Positions 19,808 to 30,084 of a stretch of 64,000 nt of DNA are shown here, one piece after another. The DNA comes from Bryobacterales bacterium (GTDB lineage: Bacteria; Acidobacteriota; Terriglobia; Bryobacterales; UBA6623): NCBI GenBank assembly GCA_965214655.1, contig OZ243965.1:517716-581715 (forward strand). The letters run 5' to 3'. The notes beneath the pieces are model-generated. The model was not told where the DNA came from. It did no database searches and saw nothing but the letters and a program-made list of their open reading frames with translations. A program made the position numbers and the translations under genes. Every line of letters begins with the position of its first letter. Within the stretch, counting starts at the first letter, position 1.

Positions 19808-20770
19808 GTGAGAAGGCTTCTTTTCATCCTGCTGGCAACGCTGGCGCCCGCGCCGCTCACTGCCGCCGTGACCATCGAAAAAACCGCATACCGAGGTTGG
19901 CCGAACTGCTACCGCATCGCCAACGGCGAGGTCGAGTTGATTGTAACCGCCGACGTCGGCCCGCGGATCATCCGTTACGGCTTCGTCGGCGGCCGCAACA
20001 TGTTCGTCGAGCTCGAGGAAGACCTCGGCAAGACCGGCGGCGAGCAGTGGCGCCTGTTCGGCGGGAGCAGGCTCTGGGTCGGCCCCGAAGACCCGGTCTA
20101 CAGCTACGGCGCCGACAACGAGCCGGTGGATATCCGCATCGCGGGGAACGTGCTGACGGCGCGCGCCCCCGTCGAGCATACCGGAGTTCAAAAGCAGATC
20201 GAGGTCGAGCTGGCGGAAACGGGCAGCGAAGTTCAAGTGCGCCACCGCCTCGCGAACAAGACGATCTGGCCCCTGCGCATCGCCCCTTGGGTGCTCTCGA
20301 TGATGGCGCCGGGCGGGGTCGCGGTGACTACGCTGCCGCCGCGCGGCACGCATCCCGAAGTCCTGCCGCCGACCAACCCGCTGATCGTTTTCGCCTTCAC
20401 CGACATGAGCGATCCGCGCTGGAGTTGGCTTGAAAAATACATCGTGCTGCGGCAGGACCCGGACAACCCCGATCCCGAAAAGATCGGCCTGTTCAACCCC
20501 GAGACGCGGGGGGCCTACCTGCTCGACGGCAACCTGTTCGTCAAGAAATATCGGGCGCAGGCCGGCCTGGAGTACCCCGACATGGGCGCGTCGTACGAGA
20601 CCTTCACGAACGAACGGTTCCTGGAGCTCGAGACGCTCGGGCCGCTGCGCACGCTGCAGCCCGGCGAGTTCGCCGACCATCTCGAGGTCTGGTCGCTGCG
20701 CAAGGGCATTGCCGTCAGCGAATGGAGCGACGCCGAAATCGACCGCGTCCTCGGCCCGCATTTGCAGTAG
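19808..20770 (+). CDS. Secreted hypothetical protein, DUF4380/galactose-mutarotase-like
   Basis: Signal-peptide-like start (exact start uncertain); GPRIIRYG, GGSRLWVGPE, LELETLGP. Confidence 0.6.
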   Translation: MRRLLFILLATLAPAPLTAAVTIEKTAYRGWPNCYRIANGEVELIVTADVGPRIIRYGFVGGRNMFVELEEDLGKTGGEQWRLFGGSRLWVGPEDPVYSYGADNEPVDIRIAGNVLTARAPVEHTGVQKQIEVELAETGSEVQVRHRLANKTIWPLRIAPWVLSMMAPGGVAVTTLPPRGTHPEVLPPTNPLIVFAFTDMSDPRWSWLEKYIVLRQDPDNPDPEKIGLFNPETRGAYLLDGNLFVKKYRAQAGLEYPDMGASYETFTNERFLELETLGPLRTLQPGEFADHLEVWSLRKGIAVSEWSDAEIDRVLGPHLQ

Positions 20771-21375
20771 TGATCTGTTTCGTCGAGGGGAAACTGGCGG
20801 CGCAAGAGCGCCTGGGCATTCTGCCCGCGGCGTTCAATCCTCCCACTGTCGCTCACGTCGCCTTGGCCGACGCCGCGCAGGAACGGTTTGCGCTGGAGCA
20901 GGTGGCCTTCGTGCTGCCGCGAACCCTGCCCCACAAGACGCTCGACCGCTGCGGTTTCGAGCGGCGCCTCGAATGGATCAGGCTGCTGGCCGAAGGCGAC
21001 GGCGCCCGGCTCGCCGCCGTCTCCGAACGCGGTCTGATCGGCGAGATCGTGCAGGAATTCCGCGGGCAGGTCCGCCAATCCGTCGCAATATACGTCATCG
21101 GCGGCCGCGATGCAGCCGAGCGTTTCGTCTCCTGGGACTACGGCGGCGCGCCCTCGTTCGACGAGCAGTTGCGGCATTTTCAGCTTCTGGTCGGCTCGCG
21201 CGAAGGAAGCTACGCGCCGGCGCCGCGCCATGCCGGGCGGATTCATCCTTTCGCCATTGCGCCGGACTACGACGCCGTATCGGCAACCGCCGTGCGCGAG
21301 CGGCGCGAGTGGGGCGCCGTGCCGGCCGCCATCCGCGATTCCGTGCGCAAAGCGCTCGCGGGAGAAGCGGCGTGA
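20770..21375 (+). CDS. NadD-like cytidylyltransferase-family nucleotidyltransferase with variant signature
   Basis: GILPAAFNPPTVAH in place of GGTFDPxHxGH; YVIGGRDA; VSATAVR. Confidence 0.7.
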   Translation: MICFVEGKLAAQERLGILPAAFNPPTVAHVALADAAQERFALEQVAFVLPRTLPHKTLDRCGFERRLEWIRLLAEGDGARLAAVSERGLIGEIVQEFRGQVRQSVAIYVIGGRDAAERFVSWDYGGAPSFDEQLRHFQLLVGSREGSYAPAPRHAGRIHPFAIAPDYDAVSATAVRERREWGAVPAAIRDSVRKALAGEAA

Positions 21376-22157
21376 CAACCGCCCTGGTTCGCTACGAGCC
21401 TCCGCTCGGCGAGACTCTCTTCGCGCGCCGCGGCCTGCTGCTCGATCTGCGCCGCAAGCTGCGCGCTCTCGAAGACGAGTACAACGCCGAAGCCGCCGCG
21501 CTGCGGCAGTTCGAGCGCCGCTACAAGCCGGCCGTCGGCGCACGCTACGACGAGCTGGAACGGCTCCGCGGCAAGATCGACCGCGCCTGGGACGCGCTGC
21601 GCAGCGCACAAGCCCCGCAGCCGGAGAAAACTCCGCCCGAAGAAACGGAAGCGGAAATCTTTCAACCCGGCGACGAGTTGCGCCGTCTGTTCCGCGCCCT
21701 CGCGCGCCGCGTTCACCCCGACCTGGCCGTCGACGGCGAAGACCGCGGGCGGCGCCACGAGTTCATGGCCGAAGCCACGCTGGCCTACCGCGCGAACGAT
21801 GCGCGGCGGCTGCAATGGCTGCTCGAGCACTGGCAAGCGCAGAGCAGCCCGACCTGCGGCGCCGACCCCCATGCGCTGCTCGCCGGCGTCGACCGGCAAA
21901 TCGCCTGGACGCGCTATCGCATCCGCGAAATGCACGCCGCAATCGGCGAGTTGCATGCTTCGTCCCTGGCCGAAATCAAGCGCCAGGCGGAAACGGCCCG
22001 CGGCATGGGCCGCAACCTGATCCTCGAGTTGCGCAGGCGGGTCAGCGGCGAGCTCGAAACCGCGCGCCGCGAGCTCGAGCGCGTGCTCGAAGCGATCGCC
22101 GATCTCGACCCCGAGCTCATGCGCGCGGTGAAGGCCGCAGCCGGTCTTGAGCGCTAG
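21372..22157 (+). CDS. Coiled-coil plus J-domain protein
   Basis: LRRLFRALARRVHPDL (HPD motif) flanked by heptad-rich helices; GTG overlaps the previous stop. Confidence 0.75.
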   Translation: MTTALVRYEPPLGETLFARRGLLLDLRRKLRALEDEYNAEAAALRQFERRYKPAVGARYDELERLRGKIDRAWDALRSAQAPQPEKTPPEETEAEIFQPGDELRRLFRALARRVHPDLAVDGEDRGRRHEFMAEATLAYRANDARRLQWLLEHWQAQSSPTCGADPHALLAGVDRQIAWTRYRIREMHAAIGELHASSLAEIKRQAETARGMGRNLILELRRRVSGELETARRELERVLEAIADLDPELMRAVKAAAGLER

Positions 22158-22299
22158 CCCGGCGCTTTGCTCTCCGCCGCTCCGGGCTATTCCTTTCGGG
22201 ATGGCCGAACCGGCAGCGGGGGCGAAGAGATCTACAACCACGACAGCGGCCCGCGGGAGTTCCACAACCTGACGGCGGACGCGCGCCGCGGCGCCGTCG

Positions 22300-23586
22300 T
22301 CAGACGCGCGCCGCGTAGGCTTCGTCGAGCAGTTCCACCACGTGCATCACGGGCTGCCGCTTGGAGAACTTGCGGGCGCCGGCCTGGAGTTGCAGCATAC
22401 AGCCGGGATTGGCCGTAACGATGGTGTCCGCGCCGGTGGACTCGACCATGCGCATCTTGTCTTCAAGCAGGGACATCGAAATGTCGGTATGCTCGACGTT
22501 GTAGACGCCGGCCGACCCACAGCAAATCTCGGTCAGAGGAAGCTCGCGGAAGACGACGCCGGGAATGGCGCCGATGATCCGCCGCGGCTGCGCGCGGATT
22601 TTCTGGCCGTGCAGCAGGTGACAGGAGTCCTGATAGGTGACGGTGCGGCGCACTTCGCCGAAGTCGCGGTTCAATTCGACGGACGCCAGAAATTCGCTGA
22701 CGTCTTGCACCTTGGCGGAAAACTCCGCGGCGCGCCGGCGCCATGCCGAGCCGGGCTCAAACAGGTCGGGGTATTCCTTGAGCACGGAGCCGCAGCCGGC
22801 GGTGTTGGTGATAATCGCGTCGTAGCCGCCATTTTCCAGGGCGGCGATGTTTTGCCGCGCCTGCTCGCGGCCCAAGCCGCGCAGCCCGGCGTGAACGTGC
22901 AGCGCGCCGCAGCAACCCTGTTCGCCGGGAATCGCGACCTCGCAGCCGTTCTTTTGCAGCACCCGCACCGTCGCCTCGTTCAAGCGGCTGAAAAAGACGT
23001 TTTGCATGCACCCGGCCAGGAAGGCTACGCGATGCCTGGTTTCGCCCTCGGCGGGAAAGGTTTCGCCGATGCGGTTGAAGAAAAACGGCGCCTGCGCCTC
23101 GGGCGCGAGCTGCTCCAACTCGCCGAGCCGCCCGATCCCGTCGAAAAAACCCGTCTCGCGCATCATTCGCTGCAAGCCGCTCCTGCGGTAGAAGAGCAGC
23201 TTGTATCCGCCGGCGGCGAGCAGAAAACGGCTGCGCAATATCTTGGCGAACGCCAGCCAGCGGATGAAGCGGGACGCAAGCGGGCGTGGCGCCTCGCGCT
23301 CGATCTGCGCCAGCGCTCCCTCGATCAACCGCCCGTATTGCACCCCGGAAGGGCACGCCGTCTCGCAGGCGCGGCAAGCCAGACAAAGCCCCATGTGCTC
23401 GACGTAGTCGTCGTTGACGGGCATCTTGCCCGCGGCGACCTGCGCCATCTGATAGATGCGGCCGCGCGGGGAGTCCATCTCGACGCCGAGCTCGCGGTAC
23501 GTGGGGCAGGCGTTGAGGCACAGCCCGCAGTGCACGCACTTCTTCAGATCTGCGGGCTGCGGCTTGTCGAGAACGGGCAGGGTCAC
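22300..23586 (-). CDS. glcF: Glycolate oxidase iron-sulfur subunit-like (Fe-S)-binding protein
   Basis: CVHCGLCLNACPTY, CLACRACETACPSG, two cysteine-rich CCG domains. Confidence 0.85.
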   Translation of the reverse strand: MTLPVLDKPQPADLKKCVHCGLCLNACPTYRELGVEMDSPRGRIYQMAQVAAGKMPVNDDYVEHMGLCLACRACETACPSGVQYGRLIEGALAQIEREAPRPLASRFIRWLAFAKILRSRFLLAAGGYKLLFYRRSGLQRMMRETGFFDGIGRLGELEQLAPEAQAPFFFNRIGETFPAEGETRHRVAFLAGCMQNVFFSRLNEATVRVLQKNGCEVAIPGEQGCCGALHVHAGLRGLGREQARQNIAALENGGYDAIITNTAGCGSVLKEYPDLFEPGSAWRRRAAEFSAKVQDVSEFLASVELNRDFGEVRRTVTYQDSCHLLHGQKIRAQPRRIIGAIPGVVFRELPLTEICCGSAGVYNVEHTDISMSLLEDKMRMVESTGADTIVTANPGCMLQLQAGARKFSKRQPVMHVVELLDEAYAARV

Positions 23587-23607
23587 GGGAAGCGGGGTAT
23601 GCGCATG

Positions 23608-25068
23608 CTACGCCAGGATGTCTTCATGCACCACTCCGGCAACGTCCGTCAGGCGGAAGTCGCGGCCGGAATCGCGGTAGGTCAGTTTCTCGTGGTCCAT
23701 GCCGAGGATGTGCAGCACCGTGGCGTGGAAGTCGTGGATGTGCATGCGGTTGCGCTCGGCGTGGTAGCCGATCGCGTCGGTGGCGCCGTAGCGGAATCCC
23801 TTTTTGACGCCCGCGCCGGCCATCCACAGCGTGTAGCCGTAGGGGTTGTGGTCGCGTCCGTCGCCGCCCTGGCTGACCGGCGTGCGGCCGAACTCGCCGG
23901 ACCATATCACCAGCGTATCGTCGAGCATGCCGCGCGACTTGAGGTCTTTCAGCAGTCCCGCGATCGGCTTGTCCACCTCGGCGGCGTTCGCGGCGTGCTT
24001 GTTGTAAAGCTCCGCGTGCTGATCCCATTTGTAGGAATGGGTGCATTGCACGAAGCGCACCCCGCGCTCGCTCAGCCGGCGCGCCAGCAGGCATTGCCAG
24101 CCGAAGTCCGCCGTGGTCGGCTCGCCCAGGCCGTAGAGCTTTTGGGTCGCCGGCGATTCCTTCTCGACCTCGAACGCCTCGGGAGCCTGCATCTGCATGC
24201 GAAAAGCCAACTCGAACGACTGAATGCGCGCTTCGAGCCGCGGGTCGCGCCTGCGCATTTCGGCATGACGCCGATTGAGGTTCTGCAGCATGTCGAGCTC
24301 GTAGCGCTGGCGTTCTTTGGAGAGGCCCTTGTTCATCAGGTACTCGATCGGCTCGCCCTGGATATCGTCCACTTTCAGACCGGCGTGGCCGATGGGCGTC
24401 CCCTGGAACGATCCGGGCAGAAAAGCCGACGACCAATTCTTCGACCCGCCGTGCGACAGGGCCGGCTTGATGGTGATGTAACCGGGCAAGTCCTGGTTCT
24501 CGGTACCCAGGCCGTAGACGGTCCACGAACCCATGCTCGGCCGCGTGAACGTGCTGCTGCCGGTAAAAGTTTGCAGCAGCGCCGCCCCGTGATCGACGCC
24601 CTCGCCGACCATCGAGTGAACGAAGCACATGTCGTCCACGCAAGTACGGACATGAGGGAACAAGTCGCTGACCGCAATGCCGCTTTCGCCGCCGGGGCGG
24701 AACTTCCACAGCGGACGCATCAACGGCCCCGCTTCGTTTTCGTCGTCGAAGGCCAACGGGCGCTCGATGGGCAGCGGCTCGCCGTCATGCTTTTCGAGGT
24801 AGGGTTTGTGCTCGAAGGTATCGACCGACGACGGCCCGCCGTGCATGAACAGGAAAATGACCTTTTTGGCGCGCGGAGCGAAATGCGGGGGGCGGACGGC
24901 GAGCGGGTTCGCCGGGTCGAACGCGACGTCCTTCGCCGCCGCCCGATTGCCCTCGAACAGGCCGCCCAAGCCCAGCAGTCCGAAACCGCAGGCCGCGTCG
25001 CGCAACATGCCGCGGCGCGTGATCGGCTTGACGGCGTTCATGTGGTCGATCGTCTTTCGGTAATTCAT
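23608..25068 (-). CDS. DUF1501 domain protein (Tat-like signal)
   Basis: TRRGML, AKKVIFLFMHGGPS, GEFGRTP, GRDHNP, RDFRLTDV. Confidence 0.92.
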   Translation of the reverse strand: MNYRKTIDHMNAVKPITRRGMLRDAACGFGLLGLGGLFEGNRAAAKDVAFDPANPLAVRPPHFAPRAKKVIFLFMHGGPSSVDTFEHKPYLEKHDGEPLPIERPLAFDDENEAGPLMRPLWKFRPGGESGIAVSDLFPHVRTCVDDMCFVHSMVGEGVDHGAALLQTFTGSSTFTRPSMGSWTVYGLGTENQDLPGYITIKPALSHGGSKNWSSAFLPGSFQGTPIGHAGLKVDDIQGEPIEYLMNKGLSKERQRYELDMLQNLNRRHAEMRRRDPRLEARIQSFELAFRMQMQAPEAFEVEKESPATQKLYGLGEPTTADFGWQCLLARRLSERGVRFVQCTHSYKWDQHAELYNKHAANAAEVDKPIAGLLKDLKSRGMLDDTLVIWSGEFGRTPVSQGGDGRDHNPYGYTLWMAGAGVKKGFRYGATDAIGYHAERNRMHIHDFHATVLHILGMDHEKLTYRDSGRDFRLTDVAGVVHEDILA

Positions 25069-25102
25069 TTTGTCGCTTCCGCAGCCCCCTTGCCGGCTCA
25101 GT

Positions 25103-27931
25103 CTAATCGACGTAGATGTACGCATTCGAGGCCAGCAAGATGCGGCAGAAGCTCTCCCAGGCGTCGAGCTCCGAGACGCCATCGAACTTTTTGCGGACAT
25201 CGGCCACGTAAGTCAGCCCGCTGTCGATCTCCTCCGCCGAGGGCATCCGCGTCAATGTGCGAATCAGCGCGTGCTTCATGCGCTCGGCGTCGGACCACTC
25301 TTTTTCGTCAACCAGGTCTTCCGCCAAGTCGCGCGCGCGGTCGGTCACGAACCCGCTGTTCATCATGAAAAGCGCCTGCGGGGCCACGTTGGTGTTCGCA
25401 CGCTTGCCCAGCGAGGTCACGGCGTCGCCGAAGTCGAAAAGATTGAGCAGAGCCGGCAGATTGGCGCGCCGCAGCGGCAGATAAACCATGCGGCGCAGCG
25501 AAGAGGCCGGATCGATGCTCAGCCGGTCGTTCGAGTTCTCGCGGTCGGTGCCGAAACCCGACTGCATCGTGCCGCCCATTGCGTAGTCGATCTTGCCGGC
25601 GGCGGCGAGCATCCCGTCGCGGATTTCCTCGACGTCCAGCCTGCGCCGATTGAAATGCGACAGCCACAGGTTCGCCGGGTCTTTGCGCACGCTTTCCTCG
25701 TCCGCCGCACTGCTCATGCGGTAGGCGCTCGAAAGCATGATGAGCTTGTGCATCTGCTTGACGGACCATCCGTTGGCGACGAACTCGGCCGCCAGATAAT
25801 CGAGCAACTCGGGATGCGTGGGCTTGCCGCCCAGCTTGCCGAAATTGTTGGGCGTGCGCACGAGGCCTTCGACAAAATGCTTCTGCCAGATGCGGTTGAC
25901 CATCACCCGCGCGGTCAGCGGGTTCTCCGCGGAGGCGATCCAGTCGGCAAGCTCCAGGCGGCCGCTGCCGTTCTTCGCGGGCGTTTGCTCGAAGCCCGCC
26001 AGGATAGCCGGGAAAACCTTGGGGGCGTCGGCGCCCGCGGAATTGTAATCGCCGCGCACGAACACTTTTTGCTCGACGACTTCGCCCTCTTCGACCGCGT
26101 CGGCCATGGGCGGCTCCGGCTTGGCGGCGGCCTTCAGCCTCTTCAGGTCTTTCTGCAAGGCGGCGATGAGTTCCTGCGTTTCGGGCTTGAGGATCGCCTT
26201 CCGTTCTTCTTCGTCGAACTGAAACGGCGACTGCCGCGCTTGGTACACGTCGTAGAAGAAACGATCATTGCCCGGCTGGAAGCGCGGCTTGGGCGGCGGC
26301 GGCATCGAGCCGTCTTTGAGCAACTCGATAGCGTCCTCGCGCCAGCGGCGGATGGTGTGATGCCACTCCTTGAGCGTTTTCTCGAAACGCTCTTGATAGC
26401 GGGCTGCGACTGCTTCGCGCTTCTGCATCGAGGCTTCGCGCCACTCGGCAAGCTGCGCGCGCGGCGCCGGGGTCGGCTTGAGGTAGGCGGCCCACGTTTC
26501 GAGCAGTCCCGGCCGCAAGCCGTGTTTTTCCGCGGCGGCCCTCAACTCGGCGCCGTCTTCGTAAACTTCGCGGGCGGCCGTCATGTAAGCGGCGACTTGC
26601 GGGGCCAGCGAGTCCACATAGAACTCGATTTCGATATCGGCCGCATTGTCGAGCTCGATCTGCTTGTTGCGGATTTCGGTCTGCTCGGCTTCGTAGGCTT
26701 CGTATTCGGCCTGCGGCACGAGCGGCCTGTGCAGCAGCTTGGAAACATGCGCCGACGGGTCGCGAAAGCTGCGGGTCGAAGCGAAGATGCCGGCCAGGGA
26801 ATAGTAGTCCCGGGTCAGGATCGGGTCAAACTTGTGGTCGTGGCAACGCGCGCAGGCAACGGTCAGGCCGAGCATCGCTTTCGAGACGACTTCGATCTGC
26901 TCGTCATAGACGTCGTAGAGCATCCGTTTCTTGTCCTGCTGCGCGACCGCCTTGGGGCCAAGCGCCAGAAACCCGGTGGCCACGATGCCGCGGGTGTTGA
27001 TCGCTCCGCCGTCCTCGGCCGGCAGCAGGTCGCCGGCGATCTGCTCGCGAACGAATCGGTCGTAGGGCATGTCGGCGTTGAACGCCTCGATCACGTAGTC
27101 GCGGTAACGCCAGGCGTAAGGGTAGCGGTGGTCTTCGTCGTTGCCGGTCGAATCGGCATAGCGCGCGACGTCCAGCCAATGACGGCCCCAGCGCTCGCCG
27201 TAGCGCGGCGACGCCAACAACCGGTCGACGACCTTCTCGAAAGCGTCGGGCGCGTCGTCGGCCAAGAAGTCTTCGAGCTCTTGCGCGGTCGGCGGCAGGC
27301 CGGTCAAGTCGAACGCGGCGCGGCGCAGCAGGACGGCCTTGCCGGCGGGCGGGGCCGGACCGAGTCCCTTTTCTTCGAGTTTGCTCAGAATAAAGAGATC
27401 GACGGGGTTGGAAACCCAGTCCGCGCGGGCGACTTGGGGATCGTCCGGGCGGGAAACCGGCTGGAACGCCCAATAGTTCCGCTGCTCCGCTGTGAAGACG
27501 CCCTGTTGACCGGCCGGGATCATCTTTTCCTTCCGCTCGGCTCCCGGCCAAGGAGCGCCCATGCGAATCCAGTTCTCGAAAATTTCCAATTCGTGCTGGG
27601 GAAGCTTTCCGTCCGGCGGCATCTTCTTGGCGGCGGCGTAGCCGACGATCGCCAGCAGGCGGCTGTCCTCGGGCCGGTCGAGCGAGATGAGCGCCGCTTC
27701 GTCGCGCGCCTTGAGGAACCCTTCGACCGAAGAGAAGTCGATCCCGCCGCTCTTGAGTTGGGCGTTGTGGCACATTTGGCATTTGGCCGCCAGCAGCGGC
27801 CGAACCTGCTTTTCGAAGTACTCCAGACCCTCGGCGCCGTTCGCCGCGGCGCCCGCCGCGGCGAAAGCGAGCAGCGAAACCCAAGCCATGCTCCGCCGGG
27901 CGGCGGATGCAATCCTCCCTAACGAACTCAT
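25103..27931 (-). CDS. Planctomycete cytochrome C / DUF1549 (PSCyt2) / DUF1553 (PSD1) protein; start may be 27889
   Basis: CQMCH; YGERWGRHWLDVARYADS; CARCHDHKFDP; NPLTARVMVNRIWQ. Usual partner of DUF1501. Confidence 0.92.
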   Translation of the reverse strand: MSSLGRIASAARRSMAWVSLLAFAAAGAAANGAEGLEYFEKQVRPLLAAKCQMCHNAQLKSGGIDFSSVEGFLKARDEAALISLDRPEDSRLLAIVGYAAAKKMPPDGKLPQHELEIFENWIRMGAPWPGAERKEKMIPAGQQGVFTAEQRNYWAFQPVSRPDDPQVARADWVSNPVDLFILSKLEEKGLGPAPPAGKAVLLRRAAFDLTGLPPTAQELEDFLADDAPDAFEKVVDRLLASPRYGERWGRHWLDVARYADSTGNDEDHRYPYAWRYRDYVIEAFNADMPYDRFVREQIAGDLLPAEDGGAINTRGIVATGFLALGPKAVAQQDKKRMLYDVYDEQIEVVSKAMLGLTVACARCHDHKFDPILTRDYYSLAGIFASTRSFRDPSAHVSKLLHRPLVPQAEYEAYEAEQTEIRNKQIELDNAADIEIEFYVDSLAPQVAAYMTAAREVYEDGAELRAAAEKHGLRPGLLETWAAYLKPTPAPRAQLAEWREASMQKREAVAARYQERFEKTLKEWHHTIRRWREDAIELLKDGSMPPPPKPRFQPGNDRFFYDVYQARQSPFQFDEEERKAILKPETQELIAALQKDLKRLKAAAKPEPPMADAVEEGEVVEQKVFVRGDYNSAGADAPKVFPAILAGFEQTPAKNGSGRLELADWIASAENPLTARVMVNRIWQKHFVEGLVRTPNNFGKLGGKPTHPELLDYLAAEFVANGWSVKQMHKLIMLSSAYRMSSAADEESVRKDPANLWLSHFNRRRLDVEEIRDGMLAAAGKIDYAMGGTMQSGFGTDRENSNDRLSIDPASSLRRMVYLPLRRANLPALLNLFDFGDAVTSLGKRANTNVAPQALFMMNSGFVTDRARDLAEDLVDEKEWSDAERMKHALIRTLTRMPSAEEIDSGLTYVADVRKKFDGVSELDAWESFCRILLASNAYIYVD

Positions 27932-28127
27932 TCATCTCTATGATAGCGCCCGGCCGCCGCGCGGCCAGGCCAGCGCATAGTGGATAGTGGATGGCGAATA
28001 GTAAAGAGACGCGGGGCGCCTATCGCGACTTCCCCTATCGTCTTCCCTGTTTCAACAATCAAGGCCGGCGCGACAAGCTCATGAGCGCCTATGTCGTCGA
28101 ATGAGACGAGGCCGCTGCGCGGCCCGC

Positions 28128-29975
28128 TCACGCCGAGCCCGGCCGCGGGCCGTTGAAATACGCGCGGATGTTTTCCGCCTGCGCCTTGTTGACCACCGCG
28201 GCCAGCCGCTCGGGGGAAGACCGCCGTATCTTGTCGAGGCTGCCGAACTCGCGCAGGAGTTTCTGAACCGTGATCTCGCCGACGCCCTGGATTTCCAGCA
28301 ATTCGGAAGTCACCGCGCGCTTGCCCCGGCGCCGGCGGTGGAACTCGACCGCAAAGCGGTGGGCTTCGTCGCGGATCTGCTGGATCATGCGCAGAATCGG
28401 ATTGAAGCGGTCCAAGCGGAGCGGATCGTCTTCCTGGCCGAAAACGTAGATTGTCTCCTCGCGTTTGGCGACGGCGGCCAGCGGCTGGGTAACGGCCCCG
28501 AGCTCTTCGAGCGCCTCGGCCGCGGCGTGCAACTGGCCCAACCCGCCGTCCACGAGCGCCAGCACGGGGAACGGCTTGCGCTCGTCCTTGAGACGCCTGT
28601 AGCGGCGGCGGACCACCTCGCGCATCGCGGCGAAGTCGTCGTTCGTCTGGCGTTTCACGATGAACCGACGGTAGTCGGCTTTCTTCATGCGGCCGCCCTC
28701 CCAGACCACCATCGAGGCCACTACGTCGGCGCCTTGCATGTGCGAGATATCGAAGCATTCGATGCGGTCGGAGGATTCCTCGCCCTTTTCCGGCTGGGGC
28801 AGGTTCAACGCGTCGCGCCAAGCGGCGATAAGCTGCTTCGCGTCGGGCTTGCGAATGCGGAAGCGCTGCTCGAAGCCCTGCCGCGCGTTGGCGGCGACAA
28901 GATCGAGCATCGCCTTCTTGGAGCCGCGCAGCGGGACGTTGATCTCCACCTTCCGCCCGCGCTTCTCGCTGAGCAATTCTTCGAGAACGCTCCTGTCGTC
29001 GAAGTCCTCCGGAACGTGAACGAGCGAGGGCACGTACTGCTGATCGAGGTAAATCTGCGTGAGCAGCGCGCTCAGGAATTCGAGGCGCTCGAACTCGTAG
29101 GCGTCTTCCCAAAAAAACTCCCGGCGGTCGACGACGCGGCCGTTGCGCACGTGGAAGAGATTGGCCGCGACGAGCGGCGGCTCGGCGTAGAAGCCGACGA
29201 TGTCGATGTCCCGGCCCTCGACAGCGGCCATGCGCTGGCGCTCGGCCATCTCTTCGACGGTCGCGATCAGGTCCCGCAGGCCCGCCGCTTTTTCGAATTC
29301 GAGATCCTCGGCGGCCTGCGCCATGCGCCGCTTGAGGTCTTTGACCAACTCGGCTTGGCGTCCGCCGAGAAAGGCTTTGACGTCCTCAACGGCGCGTTCG
29401 TAGGCCACGTCCGCGACCAGACCTTTCACGCAAGGCCCCAGGCAGCGGTGGATGTGGTACTCCAGGCAGGCGCGGGGATGATAGCGCGTCAGATCGATGC
29501 GGCAGGACGGAATCTTGAAATAACGATGCACGAAGCGAACCAGCCGGTGCGCCAGATTGCCGGGAAAGTAAGGCCCGAAATAGGATGAGCCGTCTTTCTT
29601 GAGCCGCCTCGTGACATAGACGCGGGGGTATTTCTCGCCCGTCAGCTTGATGTAGGGATACGTCTTGTCGTCGCGCAGCAGGACGTTGAACCTGGGCTTG
29701 TGCCGCTTGATCAGGTTGTTTTCGAGCGCCAGCGCCTCCTTTTCGTTGTGGACGACGATGCAGGCAACGCCGCGCGCCTCGGACAGGAGGCCGCCGGTCT
29801 TGGCGTCGGCCGTCTTCTCGACCGAGAAATAGGCGCGGACGCGGTCGCGCAGGCTTTTGGCCTTGCCCACATAGATCACGCGGCCGCGGCCGTCGCGGTA
29901 CTGATAGACGCCCGGCGCGGCGGGCAGGGCCGCGGCCTCCTCGCGAAGCTTGTCCCAATGACTGGGAGTATGCAT
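28128..29975 (-). CDS. uvrC: Excinuclease ABC subunit C
   Basis: PGVYQYRD, IYVGKAKSLRDRV, RFNVLLRDDKTYPY, IECFDISH, VDGGLGQ, IRDEAHRFA, HhH tail. Confidence 0.97.
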   Translation of the reverse strand: MHTPSHWDKLREEAAALPAAPGVYQYRDGRGRVIYVGKAKSLRDRVRAYFSVEKTADAKTGGLLSEARGVACIVVHNEKEALALENNLIKRHKPRFNVLLRDDKTYPYIKLTGEKYPRVYVTRRLKKDGSSYFGPYFPGNLAHRLVRFVHRYFKIPSCRIDLTRYHPRACLEYHIHRCLGPCVKGLVADVAYERAVEDVKAFLGGRQAELVKDLKRRMAQAAEDLEFEKAAGLRDLIATVEEMAERQRMAAVEGRDIDIVGFYAEPPLVAANLFHVRNGRVVDRREFFWEDAYEFERLEFLSALLTQIYLDQQYVPSLVHVPEDFDDRSVLEELLSEKRGRKVEINVPLRGSKKAMLDLVAANARQGFEQRFRIRKPDAKQLIAAWRDALNLPQPEKGEESSDRIECFDISHMQGADVVASMVVWEGGRMKKADYRRFIVKRQTNDDFAAMREVVRRRYRRLKDERKPFPVLALVDGGLGQLHAAAEALEELGAVTQPLAAVAKREETIYVFGQEDDPLRLDRFNPILRMIQQIRDEAHRFAVEFHRRRRGKRAVTSELLEIQGVGEITVQKLLREFGSLDKIRRSSPERLAAVVNKAQAENIRAYFNGPRPGSA

Positions 29976-30084
29976 CCCGACGCTTTCAGCATAACGGCGG
30001 GGCGGGGCCGCTGCGCGGACGCCCCGGCAGGCCGTCGGGATGCAGAGCCGTCGGACCGCCCGGCTTATCGAGGCCGGCGGCTTT

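Noticed and set aside
22342-27922. 1008-aa and 950-aa plus-strand ORFs
   Set aside because: Antisense to glcF, DUF1501 and PSD1 genes, which carry the real motifs.
27970-28060. ATAGTGG heptamer doublet and pyrimidine-rich partner in the PSD1-uvrC gap
   Set aside because: Too short, with no clear structure or second copy in the window.
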